Shown one piece after another: positions 50,963 to 60,231 of a DNA stretch of 64,000 nt (within the stretch, counting starts at the first letter, position 1; each line of letters opens with the position of its first letter). The stretch comes from a virus: IMG/VR virus record IMGVR_UViG_3300001765_000052. The stretch is one strand, 5' to 3'. Position numbers and translations under genes: made by a program. The notes under the pieces were generated by a model. It did not search any database and was not told the origin of the DNA. It was given only the letters and a program-made list of their open reading frames with translations.

Positions 50963-51044
50963 TTTAGATTTTTTCAGTTGTATATTATTTAATTGAACAG
51001 TAATTGTCCTGTTCGTAATTGCAGTACACTGCGAGAAAGATTAT
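50963..51044 (+). promoter_or_regulatory. early-promoter and leader module
   Basis: tttagattttttcagttgtatatta..., then a TGCAG/CTGCG hairpin. Confidence 0.7.
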
Positions 51045-51383
51045 ATGGAATTTATTCTTATTATTGTGAAGACTATCATGTCAAGTATTATTGACAGTGG
51101 GCATATGTTTGATTCGGTTGAGTTTGGAAGACTCAACCGAATCAACATTAGGATGAAACCTAAACCTGAACAATGTGTTCAAATTCTGATTCGTCCTGGC
51201 GAGGGAGATAAAGAAGTAGTTATATTAGTATCGGTACCAACAGGCCCTGATCTATTATATACTGATTACAAGTATGTAATCTACAGTCATACTCACACAT
51301 ATGCTGAGCTTAAAAAATATTCTGACTTTATTGTCAGAATAACTGACTCTATATCTGTTAAAAAAACAGATAATATAGATTAG
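51045..51383 (+). CDS. hypothetical protein
   Basis: Single + strand gene inside a - strand block, with its own promoter module. Confidence 0.7.
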   Translation: MEFILIIVKTIMSSIIDSGHMFDSVEFGRLNRINIRMKPKPEQCVQILIRPGEGDKEVVILVSVPTGPDLLYTDYKYVIYSHTHTYAELKKYSDFIVRITDSISVKKTDNID

Positions 51384-51389
51384 TAAAAC

Positions 51390-51435
51390 ATGAGCACTAT
51401 CATTACCTATTTAAATAGGTAATGATAGTGCTCAT
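51390..51435. terminator. perfect palindrome terminator
   Basis: atgagcactatcattacctattt/aaataggtaatgatagtgctcat. Confidence 0.8.
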
Positions 51436-51445
51436 AACTTATTTT

Positions 51446-51832
51446 TTAATTTTCAGTGTTTTGCCAAAACGGAACAGCATCTCCGTTTCCAGATCCTACT
51501 GATTCTGCACCTAATCGTTTAGAATGTATTGCTGGTTTATTTAAATCGTCAGGAATGGGTCCCTTAATAGGAAATGGTAATACAAAATACATTTGGTCTT
51601 GTGGTATCACATCTACCCCCCTATGTTTATCTCTTTGTAGAGTTAAGTATGCTCGGTTATTTACAAACTCAATGTGCATATAAATTCCCAAATCGTATTC
51701 TTGATCGATTTGTTTACTACCAGAAAAATAACCTCTACCAGGTAATAACTTTACAAAGTTTTGATGGCCATCTCTGATTAGTTGTTTTGCGTCAGTTGAC
51801 AATTGATGGGGTGTTATAAAAGTGATTCTTCT
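51446..51832 (-). CDS. dnaB: DnaB-like replicative helicase, exon 2
   Basis: RRITFITPHQLSTDAKQ...YFSGSKQIDQEYDL...RDKHRG. Joins exon 1 in frame. Confidence 0.88.
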   Translation of the reverse strand, partial: RRITFITPHQLSTDAKQLIRDGHQNFVKLLPGRGYFSGSKQIDQEYDLGIYMHIEFVNNRAYLTLQRDKHRGVDVIPQDQMYFVLPFPIKGPIPDDLNKPAIHSKRLGAESVGSGNGDAVPFWQNTEN

Positions 51833-53621
51833 CTTTTTGTCCAGTTAGTTCGTTAATCTAACCCGGTGTGCTACGACACCCGCCAATACTTTCATATTGG
51901 AACAGACTATATCTTCATCCCCAGCATTATCTGGTAGGATGTTCTCCGCTTCGGAGGCACTGCCTCCTACTCGCATCGCTGCGATAGTCGTTGAACCTTA
52001 TCCACTGTATCTCTACATAGAGGATCTTGGCTGCTGATTACCCAATCCAAATCGTTTTCAAACTATGGCTTTAGCTTTCGCTTCGCAGTAGTGATTTGGC
52101 TCTTTAGGGACTCCCAGCAATTCAAAGAAAATACATTAAAACATTACTGTTTTAATGACCTGAAAACAAACCCTTTAAAAGGTTCTCCGGTAAATATCCT
52201 ACGCTTAACAGTCCTAAACTCAACGCCCGACACAGTGGCGGCATGTTTTATTGAGTTAGCAATAGTTTCCACACCAGTAGAAACATTTGTTATTGAGACT
52301 CTATCGTGCGTAGTTGGTTTATTCTTATAATCATTTAGATTAAAATCTTTGTTTCTAGGGACAACAACCCATTTGTTAGAATAAATGAACTTGAATCCAC
52401 GACTTAAATCGTATTGCAATTCAGTTCGGCTTCTTCCAATATGTGCTGCTGATTCAATAATTGATTTAAAAATATATGCCTTACTATTTTCTAAATCATG
52501 GACAAAATACGGTCCAATTATTGAATTTCTGACATAACTAACTTCCAGATCAGGATATTTTTCTTTGAATAATCCAATGGCGTAATCTAAACTACTTCTT
52601 TTATCTTTCAATCCAGAATGTAATTTATATTTATTACGAAATTTTTTTGAATTTGAGAATCTATTAATTTCACCTGTCGATTTGTCTAACACTGTTATTG
52701 TGAAAATCGATTTAGTAAAAGAAAAATCTTCATTTTTGTTTTCGTAATACCAAGGACTATCGTCGTCAAAATATTTTATCTCGTATCGTTTCTTGTAAGC
52801 CGCACCAGGCAATTTATTTACTAAACTCCCTGGGACTATATTTGACATACCTAGAACACGAGACATTTCTCCTGCTGACCTATAAATAACAATTTCTCCA
52901 GTAACAATATCTCTGGTTTTCATTTTACTACAACCAGAGTTTAAACCAATATCAAACGCATGATTAGAATTACGCTCGTATGTGCACCACTCTAAATTAC
53001 TTAGTTTGTTGTTGGTTTTATTACCGTCGATATGATTCACTATTGGTTTATTAATGAAATCGTTATTTGGAAGCCACGCTAATGCCATTAGACGATGAAC
53101 GCGAGTGTTTCTATTTCCGCCTTTATCTGGTGAATAAATAAAAATTACTTCGTACTCGTCTAGTATTTCCCTATCGGTGACTATTTTTCCAGTTAAAGTA
53201 TCTAGAACATCTGAATCTATATTTATAGCGTATCTAGAGTAATTTGGTATAAAACGAAAACCTTCTTTATAATAAATAGGTTCACTAAACATCATTATTT
53301 TGCCACAACTAACTCTTAGAATTTTATGTGGATTGTAAAACTTAATTTTATCTATATGTTTATCTAAATCGTGTATATGATCTAATTCATACCACGCTAA
53401 AAGCGAAACCCAAATTACACTTCGTTTAATTATTTTACCAAATAATTCTATATATACAAATTTATCAATTCTCTTTAACTGTATTTTAGTACCGTAATTA
53501 TCAAAGAAATCACCTTGTAGATTTACAAGAATATTTATATTACCGGGTATCTTTTTAATCATTTTACGTTTTTCCTATGTTTCATACCATAGGTGCGTAA
53601 TTTGATCGGTGTTGTTCGTTA
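51833..53621 (-). mobile_element. group I self-splicing intron carrying an HNH endonuclease gene
   Basis: Minus strand has P (AAUUGCUGGGA), Q (AAUCAGCAG), R (GUUCAACGACUAU) and S (AAGAUAUAGUC), with P7 gactat/atagtc. Exon 1 ends in U, the intron ends in G, and splicing restores ...NFFST-RRITFITPHQLS. Confidence 0.92.
52144..53562 (-). CDS. intron-encoded HNH homing endonuclease (NUMOD4/HNH/NUMOD1-like)
   Basis: VHRLMALAWLPN..VNHIDGNKTNN..SNLEWCT...N..HA, with C-terminal 'SI..AA' repeats. Confidence 0.9.
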   Translation of the reverse strand: MIKKIPGNINILVNLQGDFFDNYGTKIQLKRIDKFVYIELFGKIIKRSVIWVSLLAWYELDHIHDLDKHIDKIKFYNPHKILRVSCGKIMMFSEPIYYKEGFRFIPNYSRYAINIDSDVLDTLTGKIVTDREILDEYEVIFIYSPDKGGNRNTRVHRLMALAWLPNNDFINKPIVNHIDGNKTNNKLSNLEWCTYERNSNHAFDIGLNSGCSKMKTRDIVTGEIVIYRSAGEMSRVLGMSNIVPGSLVNKLPGAAYKKRYEIKYFDDDSPWYYENKNEDFSFTKSIFTITVLDKSTGEINRFSNSKKFRNKYKLHSGLKDKRSSLDYAIGLFKEKYPDLEVSYVRNSIIGPYFVHDLENSKAYIFKSIIESAAHIGRSRTELQYDLSRGFKFIYSNKWVVVPRNKDFNLNDYKNKPTTHDRVSITNVSTGVETIANSIKHAATVSGVEFRTVKRRIFTGEPFKGFVFRSLKQ

Positions 53622-54773
53622 AGTTGAAAAAAAGTTTCTAGTCCTTCTATACAAATCTCTTAATGAGTGCCCCATAGGACCTTCTTCGCATCCAGTAGTA
53701 GGCAGCATTGGTAGGTAGTCTACAATGCATAAATGTATTTCATACCCATTTGCCTCTAATTCTAAAACATAGTTTTGCAAGTCTTTGTATGTCCAATTAG
53801 TAGGATCTACTCTGAGCATTCTAATCTGGTATCCATTGACCTGCATTTTTTCTTTGACATAGCTAGCCATTTCTATATTACTGAGTTTATCAATCTCGGG
53901 TAATATATTATATTCATTATACCATAAATTCTGATAAAGGAATTGCAAATTGCTAGACAGATTATCCTCAAAAGAAATCCTTAATAACATTGGTTTCTTA
54001 TTAGGATTTATCATTACTGGTTTATTGTATATAGCAATTTGCTTAAACAATGTTAATGTAAAACCAGTTTTATATTTATGCTGTAATGCAGGTAACACTA
54101 TTTGCTCACCTCTTCTAAATCCACCTTGAAGCATAGTGTTAAGTGCTTGCCAACCAGTTACTAGTAAACCAGTATGATCAGCATTAGCTTTAACTTCCGC
54201 AAACATTTCACTTAAACTACTAGTATCACCAATATCCACACTGTTAATAATAGATGGATCTTTTTTACCAGATTCTATTTGATATGGCTCTAATTTAATA
54301 CACAGATCATTAACAAAAGTTCTGACATTTTTAATTTTCTCTCTCTTAAACATTATTTCGTTACTAGCTGACTTAATAATCTTAACTATCTCATTTTCTC
54401 TAAAGATGTCATTGATATATCTTCTAATACTAATAATAGTTCGTTTTAAACTACCTTCATCCATGTCTTTATCGATACCTTGATGAAAAGCTTCATATAA
54501 CTTTTCATCATCTAAACAGTTAACCTTTAAACGTTGTAATAATTCTTCTTTTTCATACACTGTATCAAAAGGGTTATTACATAAATAAATAGCGGTTGTT
54601 TTTAATGAATCTAATACTTCTGCACTATGGCTCAACGTTAATGATGATTCTGGTGTTTTAATTTCTTCCAAGACTGTTCTAACTAAATCTGCACTATTTT
54701 CTGATTTTTCAAGGAGTAAACTTTCCCTGTATAAAAGAGTAATGCACTTACAAAGAATTAATTTATTATCCAT
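53622..54773 (-). CDS. dnaB: DnaB-like replicative helicase, exon 1
   Basis: TGWQALNTMLQGGFRRGE, ALQHKYKTG Walker A variant and VDYL. Synteny with capsid and RNAP genes matches phiKZ gp118-gp123. Confidence 0.9.
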
Positions 54774-54915
54774 TTTTAATCAATTTGTTTTATATGATGT
54801 GCTAGTCCACGAAATGTGTGGCACAATATTCTAGTGATTGTATTTTTATTTTCCGTAATTTAATTTGTTAACAAATATAATATAGTCTGAGGCAACATCT
54901 AAAAAGGAATAGTTC

Positions 54916-55446
54916 ATGAGCATTCGTGTTGAAAAGAATATCTTTCTAGTACCATATTGGTTAGTTAACACTGTAGTTAGAAACAATTTTACTATTGATA
55001 CCATATTAAATTTAGAGAAACTAATTGACGTAACTAGTCCGGAAGATTTAGCATTAACTTCTTTACTTAATGAGAGAAGCGAAAAAGTTTTTGGTATTGG
55101 TTCTTTTGCAACATCTTTATATGATAATTGGTATAAAAATTCATTTGGATGGAGTAAATTTGAATCTCAGATTAAACCATTAACACCATTGGTACAAGAT
55201 GATCTAGATGCACGTTTATTTAATGAATCTTCAAAAACAGAAATATATCCAGTTCCATTTGAAATAAAAGATGTCAATCAGAATACATTTTTGGTAATTA
55301 TATATCCGGGTTTTTTCAGCGAGGACGATGCCAAGAAACATAGATTTGAATTAACTAGTTCCCTTTTAAAGTTATTTTATGTCTATGAAGGTTATGATAA
55401 TATGGCTCGACGCCAATTATTTGAGTGTTATATAAATCAACTGTAA
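54916..55446 (+). CDS. conserved jumbo-phage hypothetical protein
   Basis: Lies between dnaB and the capsid gene. AAGGA SD. Confidence 0.75.
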   Translation: MSIRVEKNIFLVPYWLVNTVVRNNFTIDTILNLEKLIDVTSPEDLALTSLLNERSEKVFGIGSFATSLYDNWYKNSFGWSKFESQIKPLTPLVQDDLDARLFNESSKTEIYPVPFEIKDVNQNTFLVIIYPGFFSEDDAKKHRFELTSSLLKLFYVYEGYDNMARRQLFECYINQL

Positions 55447-55564
55447 ATAATGCAATTAATTTATAGACAATATTGTGTATAATGATACAATATAAATTAA
55501 AACATTATTGCTGTTTAATTTTATTTTCTAATTTTTTAAATTTTACTTAAAGGAATGTTTTCAA

Positions 55565-57778
55565 ATGAAGCATCAAAATCTTTTTAGCAATCGTGGAATG
55601 ACTCCACAGATTGAAGCGTCTCCAGTTGCATTAGTTCTAGAGTCACTACAAGCAGTTGTCAACCAAGGTCCTGGACAATTCGCTACACCTGAAGTAGCTA
55701 AAGCTGCTATGGCGATGGAAGGTATGACCCCTGATAAACAATTTCAACTAAATACAGCTGTATCTAATTTGTCAAACGTCATCGACACTTGCCTTAAAAC
55801 TCTTCCTGGTTTTGGTAAGCTTAATATTGCACAAGAGTCAGCAGCAATTGCTGCTGGTGTTATAGCATCTGCACCTCAATCGTACTACATGAAGCCACAG
55901 CAAACAGCTGGTGCCCTTCAAGCAGCTGCCACTGGTACCAACACTACTGTTATTGGTAATGCTGGCATTAACGGCGCTATGGAGTCACGTGCGTTTTCAT
56001 TGGAAGCTTTTGACACAAAAGAAAATAAAAACGCAATGGTTTATTCAGTTGCTTACAATATGCAAGCAGCTCGCCAAGATGAGTTCGGTGAAGCCTTTTT
56101 CCCAACAATCGTTGTTACTCCTGACAACGTCGGCTTCATGGTATCAATTCGTTTGATCTATGTACAAGATGAAGTTCGTCGTGAACTTAATGGTTCCCTA
56201 GATAAATTCGGACGTAAAAATATCATTAAGGCAGTTATTGATGCAACTATCCTTCGTAATGACCAAACTAAAATTGTACCAATCGTACGTACCGGTGGTG
56301 GTGCTAATGATTCTACTGCTATGTTCGTTGCTGCTGCCGATGTTGCTCCTTACACAGTTACTCTAGACACACAACCTGTAGTCACCGCACCGTTAGCTGT
56401 TGGTAAAAAATTCTCTCTATTGGGCATTTCACAAACTGCTGCACTATTAGCTACTGGTATCCTTGATAGTACTGACGCTATTGATTCAGCAGTTCGTTTA
56501 AGCGCAGTATATGTTAAGATTAAAGCTGATGCTACTAATCCAGCAGCTGTTATTAAGTTTAATGTAGATAAGCTCCCACGTACTGACTTTAACTATGCAG
56601 TACAAGGTAATACTCGTCTGCTACAACTCAACTTTGAAACCGATGCACTACGTGTAGTTGCTACGACCAAGAAGATCGATGGTGCAGTTGTTCCACAACT
56701 TGCTGCTCTCACTGATCATACTGTCCGTTTAGGCTCTACTTTGTTTGGTTCAGTTCTACAAGATAAGGGCGATACAGTTGTAAATACTGGTGATTGCTCA
56801 GTTGCTAAAGTAACTACTATTGACGGCCAGATCATGGATCTAACCGCTGGTGCTGGTGCTACAATTGCTGCTATTTTTGCTGGCGCTGCTGTTATTGGTT
56901 ACGACTTAGTCGCATACCGTACCAATAGTAACCGTCGTCAACGTGGTCAGCTGATTGATACTCAATATGTCAATCATCTCTACACTGTGCCTCTGCTGCC
57001 CCCCATCACTGCTCTTCGTCCAGTTGGCGACACGGAAGCTAATGACAGCTCACTACTATCAGCTCTAATTACTACTACGCACATTCGTACTAGCAATGCA
57101 GCTGTCGGTGCTCTATTAGATGCTCGTGATTTCTTACGTGAATATGTTAACTCTTCTGATTTAGCAACTGATGCACCTGAAATTCTAGGTGTTTCTCGTT
57201 ATTTAGTATCACCTGCTTATGCAGAAGATACTCTTGATACTGAAACACAAATTGATTCACTGAAGTCTTCTGACCGTGCTGAAGATATGGTTGCTTTGAT
57301 TATCAACAAGATTCGTGACATGGCTTATCGCTTACACGTGACTTCTGGTTATAAGGCTGCTTGCGATGCATTGTTTGATGGTGCTGCACCTAAGCCAATG
57401 GTTATTATCGGTACAGACCCAATCCTGAACCGTTACCTAACCCTAAATGGTGACATGCGTCTACTAGGTGAATACTTTGATTACAAGTTAGTTTCTACAC
57501 TAGACAGCCGTATGACCGGTAAGCTCATTCTTACATTCGGTATGGAAACCAGCTACAACTCAGGTGTGCCTAACCCAATGCACTTTGGTTCAATGGCATG
57601 GAAGCCAGAATTAACTCTGATGATGCCTATCGTTCGTAACGGTGCAACTACTATGGAACTTACTGTTCAGCCTTCATTCCGTCACATTGTAAATCTGCCT
57701 GTTATGGGTTCATTGGATGTTATCAATATCCAAAACATCATCGCAGATAAGAGCATTGTAAATACACACGTTGTGTAA
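55565..57778 (+). CDS. major capsid protein (phiKZ gp120-like)
   Basis: 737 aa, propeptide with AME, AQE and SLE sites, YN..AARQDEFGEAFFPT and RTNSNRRQRG motifs, strongly biased codon usage, synteny. Confidence 0.88.
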   Translation: MKHQNLFSNRGMTPQIEASPVALVLESLQAVVNQGPGQFATPEVAKAAMAMEGMTPDKQFQLNTAVSNLSNVIDTCLKTLPGFGKLNIAQESAAIAAGVIASAPQSYYMKPQQTAGALQAAATGTNTTVIGNAGINGAMESRAFSLEAFDTKENKNAMVYSVAYNMQAARQDEFGEAFFPTIVVTPDNVGFMVSIRLIYVQDEVRRELNGSLDKFGRKNIIKAVIDATILRNDQTKIVPIVRTGGGANDSTAMFVAAADVAPYTVTLDTQPVVTAPLAVGKKFSLLGISQTAALLATGILDSTDAIDSAVRLSAVYVKIKADATNPAAVIKFNVDKLPRTDFNYAVQGNTRLLQLNFETDALRVVATTKKIDGAVVPQLAALTDHTVRLGSTLFGSVLQDKGDTVVNTGDCSVAKVTTIDGQIMDLTAGAGATIAAIFAGAAVIGYDLVAYRTNSNRRQRGQLIDTQYVNHLYTVPLLPPITALRPVGDTEANDSSLLSALITTTHIRTSNAAVGALLDARDFLREYVNSSDLATDAPEILGVSRYLVSPAYAEDTLDTETQIDSLKSSDRAEDMVALIINKIRDMAYRLHVTSGYKAACDALFDGAAPKPMVIIGTDPILNRYLTLNGDMRLLGEYFDYKLVSTLDSRMTGKLILTFGMETSYNSGVPNPMHFGSMAWKPELTLMMPIVRNGATTMELTVQPSFRHIVNLPVMGSLDVINIQNIIADKSIVNTHVV

Positions 57779-57858
57779 TCTAATTTTCAATGTTTTATTA
57801 GTTAAAGAATATACTTCTTTAAACTAAAAATATCGCTACTGAATAGGTAGGTTATTTT

Positions 57859-57903
57859 CATATATCCCTAGCTTAGCTCATAAGGCTTTGCTAGGGATAT
57901 ATG
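57859..57903 (+). terminator. hairpin terminator after the capsid gene
   Basis: catatatccctagc...gctagggatatatg. Confidence 0.7.
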
Positions 57904-57909
57904 TTGTAA

Positions 57910-58018
57910 TCTAGATTTTTTTTAGTCACATATAACTAATTTGAATAGGTATATGCCTTACTTGTTTAGAGTGTTATGTACTCTACAAATACACAATATA
58001 AACTTTGAAAGGGTTTAT
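57910..58018 (+). promoter_or_regulatory. early-promoter and leader module (longer variant)
   Basis: tctagattttttttagtcacatataactaatttgaataggtat. A similar copy is at 63921. Confidence 0.65.
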
Positions 58019-58267
58019 ATGACTGATCGTATTCTGGAGGATTGGAAAATTCTCCCGCTTCACGGTGGCGGTGTTACCGCCACCGGCAAGATTGGCGGCG
58101 CCGAGTGGCGTACGACCAAGGTGGTAAACACACGCCCTGGTCAGATCCGGACTGAGTCCGGATCGGTCTACACCCTGGGTGCCCAAAACACAGGCATGTG
58201 GATGATGCAACTGCAGGTCAAGCGGCCTGCAGAGTATGCCAACTTGCAAAAGCAGGGCATACTTTAA
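58019..58267 (+). CDS. GC-rich small hypothetical protein
   Basis: ATG after GAAAGGG. Visibly GC-rich codons. 'LEDW...WRTTKVV...IRTESGSVYTLG'. Confidence 0.8.
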   Translation: MTDRILEDWKILPLHGGGVTATGKIGGAEWRTTKVVNTRPGQIRTESGSVYTLGAQNTGMWMMQLQVKRPAEYANLQKQGIL

Positions 58268-58271
58268 AAAC

Positions 58272-58307
58272 AAAAACAACCCGGTGGCGGGCTCTGTTTT
58301 TTTTTTT
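58272..58307 (+). repeat. conserved 3' element type B
   Basis: aaacaacccggtggcgggctctgttttt, a compensatory variant of the 21372 copy. Confidence 0.85.
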
Positions 58308-58372
58308 AATTTACATTCTGGATATATTTAATCATATATTACTAACATGTAACAGCACTAAGGAAATAGAAA

Positions 58373-58620
58373 ATGAAACCAGTTAAATGGAAAGATGATA
58401 AGGTGAAATCTATTCTGCTAGAATATGGTCACCAATGAAACAGATTCTCCTAGAAAAAGAAGAATCTGATAAACAGTACTATGAAGATTACATCAGAGAC
58501 ATGGAAGATGATTGGAACATCAATTATGATAAAGAACACGGTAACAATAATTTAGATGAAACCAAAGTAATTGATTATCCAAAAGACGAGAAGTATTTAT
58601 TTACAATAAATACAATTTAA
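58373..58620 (+). CDS. small acidic hypothetical protein (two ORFs or one frameshifted gene)
   Basis: MKPVKWKDDKVKSILLEYGHQ* overlaps MKQILLEKEE... at ATGA 58435. Confidence 0.45.
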
Positions 58621-58663
58621 AATAAACCAACTACAACCTTTAATAGGTTTGTAGTTGGTTTAT
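58621..58663. terminator. hairpin terminator
   Basis: aataaaccaactacaa...ttgtagttggtttatt. Confidence 0.7.
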
Positions 58664-58730
58664 TTTGTTAATTACTCTATATTTTTTTAATCATATATTA
58701 CTAATATGTAGCTAAATTCAGGAGTACATA

Positions 58731-60158
58731 ATGATACAACAAGAAAATATACCACCTATTTTTTCTAATGGTAATATTGCTGTTAGATTACATATGGATT
58801 CCACACATACATATTACGGTAGCCCGTATAGTTCACAAACAACATTTGACTTACAGGAGGAACTTAGACAGAGCAGTTATTCAGAAGAAATTTATTACAT
58901 CAATACCACACACAGAGATTTAACAGTTATGGGTAGAAATGGCCTAGCAGTCTCTATACCTCGTGTTTCATCTAAAAATAGTAGTGGTTTTATTATAAGG
59001 AAAATAATAAAAATAAAAGGTGATAGTTTAAATTCAGCAATTCTAGGCGTTAAGGCATTGGCGCATGTAGATAGTTCTGAATTACAAGAAATTAAAAAGG
59101 CAATTATTGGTATCGATACGAATAAATATTCGTTTACATCAGTAATGATCGATTACCAAATAAACATAATAGATTTACAAAATAGAGGTGGGACACTTTA
59201 CCACTATGAAACAGATTTGATTATATCTTTAAACGATATTCTCAAGATAGATGAACATCCGTATAGTACAAAATTTCTAGGTATTGGTACGTTTGGAATT
59301 ATAAACGATTATAGTAAGCAAAGTGAATTAAACTTAAAAATAAAATATGTTAACCATGAATTAAATGCGCACCCAGTTTTTATTAATATATTAGGTAAAG
59401 TATTTAAAGTATACCCACAACGAGATTCACCATCTAGGATCGTATACTCACCTAAGATTGGTGAAAAAGTATTTGGTGATTATCTTCTATTCTTTTATTC
59501 GTCTAAAAATGACACTGATACAAATACAGATAACGGGGTATCTAGCATTAAGATGACGCTAGCAGAGGCTAGAGAAAAGATTGGTTTACATGATAATTAT
59601 AAAGACGCATTAAATTTTGGAAACATAGAACTGACAAGAAAAGAAGAACTATCTGAACTAAACCATAAATTAGAATTATTAAAACAAAGCACAGCTGCCG
59701 AAAAGTTAAAATTTGAGAAAGATGATTTTGAGAGAAAAGAAAAAATATTAATAAAGGAACATGAATTAGAGTTAACAAAAAAAGAAACTGCTAAGTTAAA
59801 GCAAGACCTAGAGAGTTCAACCTTAGAGAGTAAGACAAAACAAAGTTTAATAGATGCAAAATTGCAAGAATTGGAGAATGCTAAAAAAATACTTGATATT
59901 GAACAGAAATATCGAGATGATCAAATAGATAAAGAACGTAAAAGCTTTGATGAAAAACTTAAAAACACCAGAGAGGAAAATGAACACAAGTTAAAACAAG
60001 AAGCTTTGTATTGGAAAGATTTTTATGAAAGAAGAAGTTATGAAAGGAAAGATACGTCCGAAATTGTAAAGTTTATACCTGGGGTACTTTTAGGTATTAT
60101 AGGTATAGCAATAGCTGTAATAAAACTAGCACCTAGTAATCAAACGGTTGTTAAATAA
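58731..60158 (+). CDS. conserved jumbo-phage coiled-coil protein with C-terminal TM anchor
   Basis: Long K/E coiled coil, then RSYERKDTSEIVKFIPG and a hydrophobic helix. Precedes the RNAP gene. Confidence 0.75.
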   Translation: MIQQENIPPIFSNGNIAVRLHMDSTHTYYGSPYSSQTTFDLQEELRQSSYSEEIYYINTTHRDLTVMGRNGLAVSIPRVSSKNSSGFIIRKIIKIKGDSLNSAILGVKALAHVDSSELQEIKKAIIGIDTNKYSFTSVMIDYQINIIDLQNRGGTLYHYETDLIISLNDILKIDEHPYSTKFLGIGTFGIINDYSKQSELNLKIKYVNHELNAHPVFINILGKVFKVYPQRDSPSRIVYSPKIGEKVFGDYLLFFYSSKNDTDTNTDNGVSSIKMTLAEAREKIGLHDNYKDALNFGNIELTRKEELSELNHKLELLKQSTAAEKLKFEKDDFERKEKILIKEHELELTKKETAKLKQDLESSTLESKTKQSLIDAKLQELENAKKILDIEQKYRDDQIDKERKSFDEKLKNTREENEHKLKQEALYWKDFYERRSYERKDTSEIVKFIPGVLLGIIGIAIAVIKLAPSNQTVVK

Positions 60159-60231
60159 ATCATAAAAATATAAACATATGTTATAAATATGGGTAAATGC
60201 AACGAAAATCATATCCTAAAGAAGGTATTTC

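Noticed and set aside
51446-54773. dnaB as a pseudogene, two genes or an intein host
   Set aside because: Canonical group I P/Q/R/S elements and in-frame U/G splice junctions explain the split. The in-frame stop rules out an intein.
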